The translations under genes and the position numbers were made by a program. A stretch of 63,847 nt of DNA, the filler included, from Candidatus Woesearchaeota archaeon (GTDB taxonomy: Archaea; Nanobdellota; Nanobdellia; Woesearchaeales; GCA-2687795), in assembly GCA_030753365.1 (NCBI GenBank). It is 9 parts of 9 records of this genome, joined end to end, with 100 filler letters (N's around TTAATTAATTAA, not from the genome) between each part and the next. Parts side by side here need not be neighbours in the genome. Positions count along the whole stretch, not along the records: positions 1 to 19,674 come from JASMCJ010000039.1; 8 more parts are not named here. One strand, written 5' to 3'. The notes under the pieces were generated by a model. It did no database searches, was not told the origin of the DNA, and worked only from the letters and a program-made list of their open reading frames with translations. Positions 8,242-18,675 of the stretch are shown here, piece after piece. Every line of letters begins with the position of its first letter. Positions within the stretch are counted from its first letter, which is position 1.

Positions 8242-11200
8242 ATGAAACCTTACAAACCCTTGGAAATAGAGCCTGAAATCCTTAACTATTGGAAGAAGAA
8301 AGGCATTTATGCCAAAACTAAGGTAAAGAACAAAGGCAAAAAATCATTCTATTTCTTAGATGGCCCGCCATATACAAGCGGCAAGGTTCACATTGGCACT
8401 GCCTGGAACAAATCGCTAAAGGACAGCTTTCTAAGATATAAACGGATGACTGGTATCAATGTTTGGGACAGAGCAGGTTATGATATGCACGGCGTTCCAA
8501 CCGAACAGGGCGTTCAAAAGGAGAAAGGTCTTAAGACTAAGGATGATATTATTAAATACGGTGTCAGCAAATTCGTGAAAGACTGTAAAGATTTTTCCAT
8601 TACCAATATGGAAGCCATGAACAAGGATTTTAAGAGACTAGGCGTTTGGATGGGCTTTGAGAATGCATACAAGTCCATTGACAGCTCTTATATGGAAGGC
8701 GAATGGTGGCTTATCAAGAAAGCTTATGAGAACAAGAGATTATACAAAGGCAAGAAAACAATGCACTGGTGCGCTAAGTGCGGCACTTCTTTGGCTAAGC
8801 ATGAATTAGAATACAAGAATGTTACTGACGAATCCATTTTCATCAAATTCAAGGTAAAGAACAAGAAGAACGAGTTTCTTATCATCTGGACTACCACACC
8901 ATGGACTATCCCTTTCAATTTAGGCATTATGGTTAATCCAGAGCTTGATTATGTGAAGGCAAAAGTAAACAATGAAACATGGATTGTCGCAAAACAGCTT
9001 GCTTCTGTGTTCATTAAAGGCGTTGCTGACAAAGATTTCAAAATAACTGAAGAGTTCAAGGGTAAAGAGCTTGAAGGCACTGAATATGAACATCCTTTCT
9101 CTGATGCTATTGCTGATTATAAGGAATTAAAGCAAAAATCTCCAAAGGTTCACACAGTTGTGCTAAGCGAAGAGTATGTTGATACTTCTTCAGGCACTGG
9201 TCTTGTACACATGGCACCAGGCTGCGGCCCTGAAGATTATGAAGTAGGTCATAGAAACAACATACCTCCATACAATAATCTTACAGAGTCAGGGGTTTTC
9301 CCTGAATCCATGAAAGAGTTCTCAGGCTTAGCTGCAAAGAGGGATGATAAATCATTCATCGAAGCCTTAGACAAAAGGAACGCTTTAGTTGCAAAGACGC
9401 CTGTTGAACACGATTATGCATTCTGCTGGAGATGCAAGCAGCCTATCATCTACAGAACAACTGAGCAATGGTTCTTCAAGGTAGAAGACATGAAGGACAA
9501 GATGAGAGAGTTGAATAAAAAGATTAACTGGGTTCCTGAGTCAGCAGGCAGCAGGAACTTTGATTCCTGGCTTGACAATCTAAGAGATAACGGCATCACA
9601 AGACAAAGATTCTGGGGAACGCCTATACCTCTCTGGGAATGCAGCAAATGTAAGAATATCATAGTAGTAGGTTCTATAAAAGAGCTCAAAAAGCTTGCAG
9701 GAACTGTCCCTGACGATTTGCATAAGCCTAAGATTGATAATGTTAAGCTTAAGTGCAAGTGCGGCAGCGAGATGGAAAGATGCCCTGACATTCTGGATGT
9801 ATGGATTGACGCAGGCTCTGCCTCATGGAACTGCCTTGACTACCCTGGAAAGAAAGAATTATTCGAGAAACTTTTCCCAGCAGATTTTATTCTTGAAGGC
9901 ATTGACCAAATCAGAGGCTGGTTTAATTTATTGTTCGTAAACTCAATGGTTGCAATGCAAAGGCCTTCTTACAAGGCTGTTTATATGCATGGTTTCATTA
10001 ATGACGCATCTGGAAGAAAGATGTCCAAATCTCTGGGCAATTATATTCTGCCTGATGAGGTTATAAGCAAGTATGGCGCAGATACTTTAAGGTATTACAT
10101 GATAGGCGCTGCATCTCCTGGCGTTGATTTAAGCTACAACTTTGAAGACATGACTGTCAAGAGCAGAAACCTTACAATACTTTGGAATCTTCATAATTAT
10201 CTTATTGATTTGTACAAGACATTAAAAGTCAAGCCTTCAGAGCTGGAATATTCAAAGGTTAAGAAATTACTGGGCTTGGAAGAAAAGCATATACTTTCAA
10301 AGCTTAACTCAACTATTGAAGAAGTAACCGATTTATTTGATAATTATGCATTGAACGATGTTCCTTTAAAGATAGAAGAATTTTTCCTTGAGCTTAGCAG
10401 GACTTATCTCCAGCTTGTGAGAGAGAAAGCTTCCATTGGCTCTGATGATGATAAAAAGATTGTGCTTTATACATTATACAAAAGCCTGTCTGACTGCCTT
10501 GTGCTGTTCACTCCCATAGCGCCTTTTATCACTGAAAAGATTTACCTTGACCTTAAAGATACTTTTAAGCTTAAAGAAGATAGCATAAGTTTGGTTGAAT
10601 GGGTAAAGCCTAACAAGAACGCTATAGATAAGAAACTTGAAGAGAACATGGAAATTGTAAGCGATATTACACAATCAATACTTTCAGGAAGGGAAAAGAT
10701 TCAGAGAGGAATAAGATGGCCTGTTAAAGAAGTAGTTATAATAACAGACAATAGTAAAACAGCAAACGCTGTGAAACAGCTTGGAGAACTTGTCAAGAGA
10801 CAGACTAATGTTAAGGAAATCAAAGTACAGTCCGCTTTAGAAGGCGTAAAGCTCAAAGTAAGGCCTGATTATGGAAAGATTGCTCCAGAACATAAGGAGA
10901 ACACTCCTAAGATAATCGCAAAATTATCAACTGACAGCCCTGAAACAATCCTTTCTCATATAGAAGAAAAAGGGAAATACGAATTCAGTGTTGATAAAGA
11001 TAAGTTTGCAATAGAAAAGAAGCATCTTATTATTGAAAGAGAACTTCCTGATAAATACGGCGAATCTGAGTTTAAGGAAGGCTTTGTATATCTAAACAAG
11101 CAGCTTACTGACGAGCTTGAAGCTGAAGGCTTCTCAAGAGAAATCTGCAGGAGAATTCAAGCATTAAGAAAAACCTCAGGTCTTGAAAAGAATGACAGAA

Positions 11201-11388
11201 TTAGCTTGTATATCAAGACAGATGACGAACTCAGTGAAATGCTGGGGAAATTTGAAGAGAGTATTAAAGTAAAAGTAGGCGCTGATAAGATTAAGATTTC
11301 AGAGCAGCCTCCTGCAAAGAAGCACAAGAATCAGAGTGAGGAGAAGATAAAGGATAAGATTATTGAATTGTTCTTTGACAAGATATAG
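8242..11388 (+). CDS. ileS: Isoleucyl-tRNA synthetase
   Basis: DGPPY, HIGT, WTTTPWT, GTGLVH, EGIDQIRGWF, KMSKS. Confidence 0.97.
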   Translation: MKPYKPLEIEPEILNYWKKKGIYAKTKVKNKGKKSFYFLDGPPYTSGKVHIGTAWNKSLKDSFLRYKRMTGINVWDRAGYDMHGVPTEQGVQKEKGLKTKDDIIKYGVSKFVKDCKDFSITNMEAMNKDFKRLGVWMGFENAYKSIDSSYMEGEWWLIKKAYENKRLYKGKKTMHWCAKCGTSLAKHELEYKNVTDESIFIKFKVKNKKNEFLIIWTTTPWTIPFNLGIMVNPELDYVKAKVNNETWIVAKQLASVFIKGVADKDFKITEEFKGKELEGTEYEHPFSDAIADYKELKQKSPKVHTVVLSEEYVDTSSGTGLVHMAPGCGPEDYEVGHRNNIPPYNNLTESGVFPESMKEFSGLAAKRDDKSFIEALDKRNALVAKTPVEHDYAFCWRCKQPIIYRTTEQWFFKVEDMKDKMRELNKKINWVPESAGSRNFDSWLDNLRDNGITRQRFWGTPIPLWECSKCKNIIVVGSIKELKKLAGTVPDDLHKPKIDNVKLKCKCGSEMERCPDILDVWIDAGSASWNCLDYPGKKELFEKLFPADFILEGIDQIRGWFNLLFVNSMVAMQRPSYKAVYMHGFINDASGRKMSKSLGNYILPDEVISKYGADTLRYYMIGAASPGVDLSYNFEDMTVKSRNLTILWNLHNYLIDLYKTLKVKPSELEYSKVKKLLGLEEKHILSKLNSTIEEVTDLFDNYALNDVPLKIEEFFLELSRTYLQLVREKASIGSDDDKKIVLYTLYKSLSDCLVLFTPIAPFITEKIYLDLKDTFKLKEDSISLVEWVKPNKNAIDKKLEENMEIVSDITQSILSGREKIQRGIRWPVKEVVIITDNSKTANAVKQLGELVKRQTNVKEIKVQSALEGVKLKVRPDYGKIAPEHKENTPKIIAKLSTDSPETILSHIEEKGKYEFSVDKDKFAIEKKHLIIERELPDKYGESEFKEGFVYLNKQLTDELEAEGFSREICRRIQALRKTSGLEKNDRISLYIKTDDELSEMLGKFEESIKVKVGADKIKISEQPPAKKHKNQSEEKIKDKIIELFFDKI

Positions 11389-11397
11389 AATTCATTT

Positions 11398-12446
11398 CTA
11401 TTCAAAGTAATGAGAAAGTAACGCAATTTTTAATGCGTCTAATGTTATGACATTCTTTTCATCAGATAATTCTTTTAAAGCATCTGCTGTCATTCCAAGT
11501 TCCACTCCATAATCAATTCTTCTTTCTAATTCCTGAGCTTCTGCAATAGTGGTACATAATTTATATTCTTCCTTTATTTTTTCATGTACAATCATTCGAG
11601 CACCCAAAAATGCTTTAGAAAAAGTCAACTCTTCTGAAAAAGTGTATCTTTGAGTCATATTTCTTTTGACGGATGAAGAACACCTATAAGGCACAAGAAC
11701 TCTGGAAGCTGTTAATTCGTCACTACTAATATAACCATTACCATTGATATCCAACAATCTTATATTTTCTTCCATTGATTTATGGGTATTATACCTTAAA
11801 ATAGAATGAGAACGGTCTACTTTTCCTTCAAGGTTCTTCCAAGCATCGCCTTCCTCAACATAAGTAAGTGCCAAAGCTTGTTCATATATTTGCCTTGATG
11901 ATACATTCCATGGTCTTAGCCCTTCTTTTTGTATAAATTGTTCAAGCGATTCTATTGTATAAATAGTGTCCTTATTTCTTGAGCTGTTGCTTCAAGTTCA
12001 TCATATGTAATTACATTATCTCCTTTGGTGATTCTTTTGACACCGTTAATTAAAAAAGCTTCTGCTTCAAAATTGAAGTCCCTATCACCCCAATATATGT
12101 GTTCCCTAGTTGTTGTATTCCAATCATTGTTTTCTATATTAATTGGATTTTCATAATTGAATCTTATTACAGCACCTCTATAAATCGCCTGTGCAACATT
12201 GAATACTTGTTGAATATCAACACCATAACCTAGTTGCACACCAGTTGATAAGACTAAGGCTTTTTCAATGTCTCTTTGTTCAGAATCTGATAAGAGTTCT
12301 TCTTTTTTCGGCATAGAAGCACAATTAATAAGAGTGCTTCCTATTAAAGTAAGTAGAACTCCACCTGCAACATTTCTTATTACTTTTGGTTTTATGCCTG
12401 ACATATAATAGAAAAAAGGTGTTTTATTTATAAATGTCCTCTCCAT
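11398..12446 (-). pseudogene. Probable single lipoprotein-like gene with EF-hand-like motifs, split by a 1-nt frameshift (track ORFs 11952-12446 and 11398-11874)
   Basis: The downstream frame is open from 11991, overlaps the end of the upstream ORF and has only a TTG start. One extra A near 11975 fuses the two. LINC lipobox-like signal; DINGNGYISSDEL. Confidence 0.5.
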
Positions 12447-12484
12447 TGATTCCTTAAGAGTAATTACATGCCAGTTAAGGTGTT

Positions 12485-13297
12485 TTATTGTGAATTATCC
12501 AATAGTTCATTCACAGCCTTACTCCATCCTTTAGGTCCAATTCCACCAACCTTCTCAACTGTTAGATTGCCTGTGTCTGTATGACTACCATCAGGCTTTG
12601 CAACAAGATAAGGAGAATCTACTTCTTTTAACATAGAAACATCATTAGGGGAATCACCTAATCCAATTGAAACAATTTTATTATATTTTCTCTTATATAG
12701 ATCTAATAAGACTTTAGCTGCTTTTCCTTTGTTAGAGCCTTTTGTTATGGTATGATATCTTATTCCTCTAGCAGAACTAAAGTTTTCTTTTTCTACAGCT
12801 TGTCTAAACTGCTCAACTTTCTCAGGTGTTTCATCAACAATTTTTACAACATCTGCATATTGCTTGTTTTTCGCAAGCTTAGCTGCTTCAATAGATAACC
12901 CACAGTCTTCATTTATTTCTTCTGATGCCATCTCACTAAAGATTATAAATTCAAAAGAAAGTTCCTTTCTAATCTTATGCAACATTTTAATGGTTTCATC
13001 ATGCTTCACATTAAGTTCAATGATTTTATAATCTTCTGTCTCCTTCTGAAATTCAAATTCAAACCCAAAGAAATCTTTAGGAATGTAGATTACGCTGCCG
13101 TTCTCTGCAATGAAAGGAAAGTTAACTCCTAGTTTCTTATTATAAGCCTCAATCTCATCAAGATTCTTGCTTGTACAGAATGATATTATTGCTCCTTGTT
13201 TTACTGCTTTGTTAAAAGCTTCAACTGAATCTTCATAATTATAAGTATCATGGTCAAGGAAACAACCGTCCATGTCTGTAATGATTATTAGTTGCAT
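12485..13297 (-). CDS. Mannosyl/glucosyl-3-phosphoglycerate phosphatase (HAD IIB, MpgP/GpgP/YedP family)
   Basis: ITDMDG, CTSK, PFIAENG, NKGKA, IGLGDSPND..ML; same locus as gpgS. Confidence 0.88.
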   Translation of the reverse strand: MQLIIITDMDGCFLDHDTYNYEDSVEAFNKAVKQGAIISFCTSKNLDEIEAYNKKLGVNFPFIAENGSVIYIPKDFFGFEFEFQKETEDYKIIELNVKHDETIKMLHKIRKELSFEFIIFSEMASEEINEDCGLSIEAAKLAKNKQYADVVKIVDETPEKVEQFRQAVEKENFSSARGIRYHTITKGSNKGKAAKVLLDLYKRKYNKIVSIGLGDSPNDVSMLKEVDSPYLVAKPDGSHTDTGNLTVEKVGGIGPKGWSKAVNELLDNSQ

Positions 13298-13379
13298 AAT
13301 AGCTGTTAAAACTGGATTGTTTTTAAACATTATGCCTATGAGATATATTTATATACATCTAAAGCCAGAATAAGCCATC

Positions 13380-14561
13380 ATGATTAAAAACTTCAAAGAA
13401 TTATCATCAACTCCTTCAAGAAGAAAAGCCCTTCAGATAATAGATTCTGGTTTAGAATCAATAAACACTGAGAAGGTTATGAAGAACAACATTAAACTGA
13501 AGAACAGCACCTTAACCATTAAAAATAAAAAGATTAATCTAAAAAAATTCAAAAGAATAGTCATCATAGGCTTCGGAAAAGCTTCTTCTTTGATGGGTAA
13601 AGAAATTGAAAAAATCCTAAGCAACAGAATCGATACAGGAATCATAATCTCCACAAAAGAGCTCAATCTAAAGAGAATAAAAGTCATTAAAGGAACTCAT
13701 CCCATGCCTTCTCAGAAAAACATTAATGCCACAAAAAAGATAATTGGCTTAATCAGCAATTTAGAGAAGGATGATTTAGTGATATGCCTTGTTTCAGGAG
13801 GGGGTTCTGCTTTGCTCTGCTACCCTAACATTCCTTTCAAGCAATATATTAAAACAATCAAGAAAGCATTTCTGTCAGGCAAAAACATAAACACTCTAAA
13901 CAAGCTGAGAAAGAAGTATTCTCATGTTAAAGGCGGGAAGCTTGCAGGATTAACCAAAGCAAAGATTATTTCATTAATCTTCTCTGACGTTGTTGGCGAT
14001 GACCTAGCTACTATTGCTTCAGGATCTACTGTAAAAAAAGGATTAAAGAATACAACCAATATTTTGTTATTAAACAACCAGGTTACATTGGAAGCCATGA
14101 AGAAGAAAGCATTATCATTAGGATTAAAGCCAATAATCCTAACTAACAAACTAAAAGGTGAGGCAAGGGTTATTGGGAAAAGATTAATCAAAACCTTAAA
14201 AAACAAAAAAGGAAAGAATATTGCTTTATTATTCGCTGGAGAGACAACTGTTACCGTTAAGGGCAATGGAAAAGGCGGCAGAAATCAGGAGCTTTGCCTT
14301 GGAGCTATTGAAGACATCTCAAAGCTAAAGAACACAGCTTTAATCTCCATTGGCTCTGATGGCATGGATGGAACTAGCAATGCGGCTGGAGCTATTGTTG
14401 ATAACAATTCCTTTGAAAAAGCAAAAACATTAAATCTAGATTACAAAAAGTTTCTAAAAGACAATGCTTCTCATCCTTTCTTCAAGAAAACCAATGAGCT
14501 TATCTTCACAGGATTAACTGGAAGTAATGTTGCGGATTTTGGTGTTATCATAAGGAAATAA
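13380..14561 (+). CDS. Glycerate kinase, MOFRL/DUF4147 family
   Basis: GFGKAS, THP.P, SGGGSAL, SDVVGD, GETTV, GKGGRNQE, GSDG.DG, TGSNVAD. Confidence 0.92.
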   Translation: MIKNFKELSSTPSRRKALQIIDSGLESINTEKVMKNNIKLKNSTLTIKNKKINLKKFKRIVIIGFGKASSLMGKEIEKILSNRIDTGIIISTKELNLKRIKVIKGTHPMPSQKNINATKKIIGLISNLEKDDLVICLVSGGGSALLCYPNIPFKQYIKTIKKAFLSGKNINTLNKLRKKYSHVKGGKLAGLTKAKIISLIFSDVVGDDLATIASGSTVKKGLKNTTNILLLNNQVTLEAMKKKALSLGLKPIILTNKLKGEARVIGKRLIKTLKNKKGKNIALLFAGETTVTVKGNGKGGRNQELCLGAIEDISKLKNTALISIGSDGMDGTSNAAGAIVDNNSFEKAKTLNLDYKKFLKDNASHPFFKKTNELIFTGLTGSNVADFGVIIRK

Positions 14562-14600
14562 CTTCTTAAAGAGATTTTTATTAAATCTTCTTAACACATG

Positions 14601-14770
14601 TCAAAAACCACCCATCAAAGATGGGTGGCATGAAGGGCTTACGCCTCTAATGCCATCCAGTCTATCCTGGTGGTTTTTGAGCATGCTCAGAAACATATCA
14701 CTTTCCAAAAACTGTTTTCGAGGATCCTGAAAATCTCTGATTTTCATGAAACCAGTGGTATATTTCTGAC
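14601..14770. repeat. REP-doublet-like palindromic element
   Basis: 12-bp inverted repeat tcaaaaaccacc (14601-12)/ggtggtttttga (14669-80); inner hairpin ccacccatc-aaa-gatgggtgg; further gaaaatc-tct-gattttc hairpin. Confidence 0.7.
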
Positions 14771-14813
14771 ATATCAAAAGACTTATAAATGAATTAAAAT
14801 AATATTATATATT

Positions 14814-15938
14814 ATGAGAGTCATGTTCTGTGCTAGTGGGGGATTTGGGGAATTGACCCAAGGTCTTGCTGTTGCAAGGTATTTGAGGAAAAAGAAAGAT
14901 GTAGTCTCTTTTATCTCAAGGGACGATTCATTATTAGAACTGATAAAAGCTGAAGGCTTTTCTTCTCATAAAGTAAATTCACCTGATGAGTCCATTAAAC
15001 TGATAAACGGCTTTGATGCAGACTTTGTTTTTATGTGCAATTCTAAGACTGCATATATTGGAAAGTCAGCTACATTAACAAAAAAGCCTGCTAACGCAAT
15101 GGTATGCTGTCTTGACTCAAACTGGCTATTCTTAAATGACAAGCGTACTTGCAGGGAGAATTGCAACTTTACAAGCCCGGATTTCCTTGACAGAATATAT
15201 ATAGTATTTCCTGATAATATCTATAAGGCTAATCTCCAGGAGAATGGAGGGCATTATAAGATAATACCTTTTTTTAAGAAAAGAATAATTGCCCCTGGTT
15301 TCATCCCAGGAGGCATAAGAATAAGCAAGAAGGAACGTGATAAATTCAGAAAGAAGTATGGCATAGCAAAAGGGGATAAACTAGTTTTCTTATATTTTGG
15401 GCAAAGATACAAGAAAATCAAACCCTATTTTGAAAAGGTAGCCAATGATATATTCTGCGAACTCAACAAGAAAGGTAAAGTCTGGCTGATGACAAAACAT
15501 AAATTCAATATTACTGCTCCATGGTACATGCATCTTAAAAAACTATTCAAAGATGAAAGAGAGTTCGAGACAGCAATAGATGCAGCGGATTTAGTTATAC
15601 AGCATCATGGCATGGGCACATTACCTAAATGTATCAGGCAGCAGACCCCAGTTTTATGCTATGTTCCACCGCTTAAAAAAGAGCTTCCTTATTATATACA
15701 TTTAGAAACCTATGAAGTCAAACCTTTCGTAAAGATGGGTGTTTGCAAGATGGTGGCTTATGATAACTATTTACTTGCTAAGGAATCTATTAAGGAATTA
15801 TTATATAATAAAGAATTAATAGAAAATATGAAATGCAACCAGAAACTACATTTTTCAAATGGCGAGAAAGGATGTTATGATGACTTAAAGAATCTGCTTA
15901 GAAAAAAGAAAAAAAATACTAAGATTAAATCAAAATAA
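14814..15938 (+). CDS. GT-B fold glycosyltransferase, specificity unknown
   Basis: N-terminal strand then GGFGELTQGLAVARYL; ADLVIQHHGMGT resembles the GT1/GT28 H-x-G-x-x-T sugar-nucleotide site. Confidence 0.65.
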   Translation: MRVMFCASGGFGELTQGLAVARYLRKKKDVVSFISRDDSLLELIKAEGFSSHKVNSPDESIKLINGFDADFVFMCNSKTAYIGKSATLTKKPANAMVCCLDSNWLFLNDKRTCRENCNFTSPDFLDRIYIVFPDNIYKANLQENGGHYKIIPFFKKRIIAPGFIPGGIRISKKERDKFRKKYGIAKGDKLVFLYFGQRYKKIKPYFEKVANDIFCELNKKGKVWLMTKHKFNITAPWYMHLKKLFKDEREFETAIDAADLVIQHHGMGTLPKCIRQQTPVLCYVPPLKKELPYYIHLETYEVKPFVKMGVCKMVAYDNYLLAKESIKELLYNKELIENMKCNQKLHFSNGEKGCYDDLKNLLRKKKKNTKIKSK

Positions 15939-15976
15939 ATATTTAGTTTCAAGAATTACTAAAAGAGGTTATTGAC

Positions 15977-17125
15977 ATGTCTTCATCAAAAAAACCATCT
16001 ATAATATTACTGCCTCCTGCTGTCCCTGGAAGCCTTGGAGATGAAGCGCAGGTTGTGGTTGTTGTCGAAGCTATGAGGGCTAAAGGTTATAATGTAGATA
16101 TTTTTTCTTATAAGAAAGATTATAAATGGGGCTTAGGAAATAAAGTATCCAAAATGGTTGAGGTTGAGCCTCACTTTAAGAAGGATTTCATAACACCAAA
16201 AGAAAGCTTGTCTAAATTATTTTCTAAGTATAAAAGATTTTATATGTTGGGCGCTGATATTATGGACGGATATTATTCTGTGCCTTGGAGCTTAAGAAAA
16301 ATTAATATGCTTAAGACAGCAAAAGAAGCAGGATTAAAAACTGTCTTATTGGGAAGCAGCTTTAACCATTCCCCTAACCCAAAGATTATCAAGAGCTTAT
16401 CAGAGCTGCCTAAGACAGTGCGTTTATGCGCAAGAGATCCTGTATCTTATAAGAGATGCAAGAAGTTTCTTCCTAAAAATAATTTTGACCTTGTTGCTGA
16501 TGTTGCATTTCAGCTTAAACCTAAATTTATAGAAATAGAATCACATGTAAAGAAAGAAAAGCAAAAAGGAAGGCATGTTATTGGTATAAACATAAATTGG
16601 CTTATAGCAAGCAATATAGGTATAAGCTTTGACAAGCTCGCAAGCATTTACGCTGAATTCATGAATAAATTATGTAAAAAAGGTTTCTCATTTGTATTAC
16701 TGCCTCATGATTTCAGGAAGACTAAGAAATCAATCAGCGACGTTGAATTCACTGATATTGTACTAAGCAAGCTTGATGATGAGACAAGACAATATTGCTT
16801 TAGGCCTAAACTGCCTTATTCTGCTGCCCAGATTAAATATATAGTGAAACGTCTGGACTTTGTTGTAAGCGGAAGGATGCACTTAGCTATTGCATGTTTA
16901 GGGCAGGGTGTTCCTGTTGCTTGTATAGTTTACCAAGGTAAGTTTGAAGGGCTTTTTGGCTTTTTTGGCCTTAAGAAACTTTTAATGGATCCAAAAAGCT
17001 TATTGAAGAATGATAGCCTGTTAAAACAGTTCGAGAAACTTTTCCCAAAAAGGAAAACGATCAAAAAGAAAATATTAACTAACCTGCCAAAAGTTATGAA
17101 ATATTCAAGAAAGAATTTTATCTAA
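15977..17125 (+). CDS. Polysaccharide pyruvyltransferase family protein
   Basis: GSLGDEA, ARD..S, ADVAF, VSGRMH.AIA....GVP...I.Y..K. Confidence 0.88.
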   Translation: MSSSKKPSIILLPPAVPGSLGDEAQVVVVVEAMRAKGYNVDIFSYKKDYKWGLGNKVSKMVEVEPHFKKDFITPKESLSKLFSKYKRFYMLGADIMDGYYSVPWSLRKINMLKTAKEAGLKTVLLGSSFNHSPNPKIIKSLSELPKTVRLCARDPVSYKRCKKFLPKNNFDLVADVAFQLKPKFIEIESHVKKEKQKGRHVIGININWLIASNIGISFDKLASIYAEFMNKLCKKGFSFVLLPHDFRKTKKSISDVEFTDIVLSKLDDETRQYCFRPKLPYSAAQIKYIVKRLDFVVSGRMHLAIACLGQGVPVACIVYQGKFEGLFGFFGLKKLLMDPKSLLKNDSLLKQFEKLFPKRKTIKKKILTNLPKVMKYSRKNFI

Positions 17126-17134
17126 AATCATATC

Positions 17135-18490
17135 CTAATTCATTGCCTTTAAGATTTTTTTAGCAATGCTTTCTGCAGAATAATGCAATAACACTTTCTT
17201 CTTGTTTCTGAGTATGAACTTTTTATCTTTTCCTTTTAGCAGGTTCTCAATTTTATCAAAAATATTTTTGTTAGCTTCATAAACCTTATTAAGAAATCTT
17301 TCCTCTTTAAGCTTAAGTATAAGGCTTAATTTTTCCTTTAAATCTTTTATGTTTTTATAGTCTTTGCCATTGACAATTAACTTATCATAAAATACACTTA
17401 AATCTAAACCTTCTTCTTTGAAATCATTTGTGCTATTAGAAAGGTTTCTGCCAAATATTGGTTTATTAAATAGCCAAGACTCAATGAAAAATAAACCAAA
17501 TCCTTCTAGCCTGCTTGTAGTAATTGCTGATTCACATATATTATAAGCATCACCTATTGCAAATTCTTCTATCTTATTACTTTTTACTATCCTATTAGCT
17601 AACAAGTCTAAGCCTAATGTAACAGGCAGATTATTCTTTTCTACAAATCTTACAAGAGTATTCGCATAATCTTCTTTTTCCATACTTTTTTCAAAAAGAG
17701 TAACTAACAAATGATATTTTTCATTCAGCCAAAGGTTTAGAAATTGCACTATAAATATAGCTTCTTCAACATTTTTACGTGGAATAACTCTTACAGGATA
17801 TAGAAGGAATTTAACTTTAGGATTCAACTTATGCTTTTTTATTATTGAACTTCTTAAGAGCATACTGCCTTTTGTATCTTTCTGGAGAAGATTTTTATTA
17901 ATAGGATTAGGAATGTGAAAGACTTGATTCTCTTTTATCCCATTTTCTAATAACAGATTCAAATCATGTTTTGTCAGCACAAAATATTCAACATTTTTTG
18001 AAGGGTAAACAATTTCACGCCATGAAGGGGTTTTGCCTTGCCCATTAAATTTAAGCAAGTCTATAAAATTAGTCTTTCTATCTTGTGGAAAATCATGCAC
18101 TCTATATCTCACTCTTTTTTTTGTATTGGAAATAAATTTATAGAATGCATAAGTAGCAGGAGGATGAATTCCTATGATTGGGTTCTCAATGATTACATGG
18201 TCAATATCTTTTGTACATTTAACCAACTTATCATATATTTTATCTCCCATTTTTATGTATTGGGAAACATTCATTGAACTAAAATCAGAAATTCTTTTTT
18301 GAGTTATGCCCAGTTCAGGTAAGTCAGTATAATGAAAACCTTTTCCATCAATAATCTTTCCCATATAAGATCCTATGAAGCTGATTTGTACATTTTTAAT
18401 TAATTTCTTTAAGGTTATAGCATTTATTCTCATAACAGAATTTACTCCTCCTTCTTCCCCTATGTTATAATGGATAAAAGCTATTTTCAT
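17135..18490 (-). CDS. GT4 glycosyltransferase, mannosylglucosylglycerate-synthase-like
   Basis: HY.IG..GGV..V, VHDF, LYPVRVIPRKNVEEAI, S..EGFGL.F.E; divergent from gpgS. Confidence 0.75.
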   Translation of the reverse strand: MKIAFIHYNIGEEGGVNSVMRINAITLKKLIKNVQISFIGSYMGKIIDGKGFHYTDLPELGITQKRISDFSSMNVSQYIKMGDKIYDKLVKCTKDIDHVIIENPIIGIHPPATYAFYKFISNTKKRVRYRVHDFPQDRKTNFIDLLKFNGQGKTPSWREIVYPSKNVEYFVLTKHDLNLLLENGIKENQVFHIPNPINKNLLQKDTKGSMLLRSSIIKKHKLNPKVKFLLYPVRVIPRKNVEEAIFIVQFLNLWLNEKYHLLVTLFEKSMEKEDYANTLVRFVEKNNLPVTLGLDLLANRIVKSNKIEEFAIGDAYNICESAITTSRLEGFGLFFIESWLFNKPIFGRNLSNSTNDFKEEGLDLSVFYDKLIVNGKDYKNIKDLKEKLSLILKLKEERFLNKVYEANKNIFDKIENLLKGKDKKFILRNKKKVLLHYSAESIAKKILKAMN

Positions 18491-18675
18491 TATAATATAC
18501 CCTTAATTCTCTTTAAAGGCTTTTGTTTATAAATAATTCGTTTTAGAAGATATTTGTTTCCTTTAAAGCCCTACAACATCCTATGTTTTTCTTCTCTTAT
18601 ATATTCTAGGTTAACCTTGGGTTTGCTGCTTAGACTAACACAAAATTTATTAAGAACAGCCCATTTGACTTAAAT

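Noticed and set aside
8380..8400. HIGT instead of HIGH in IleRS
   Set aside because: To my knowledge Thr at this position is a common archaeal IleRS variant
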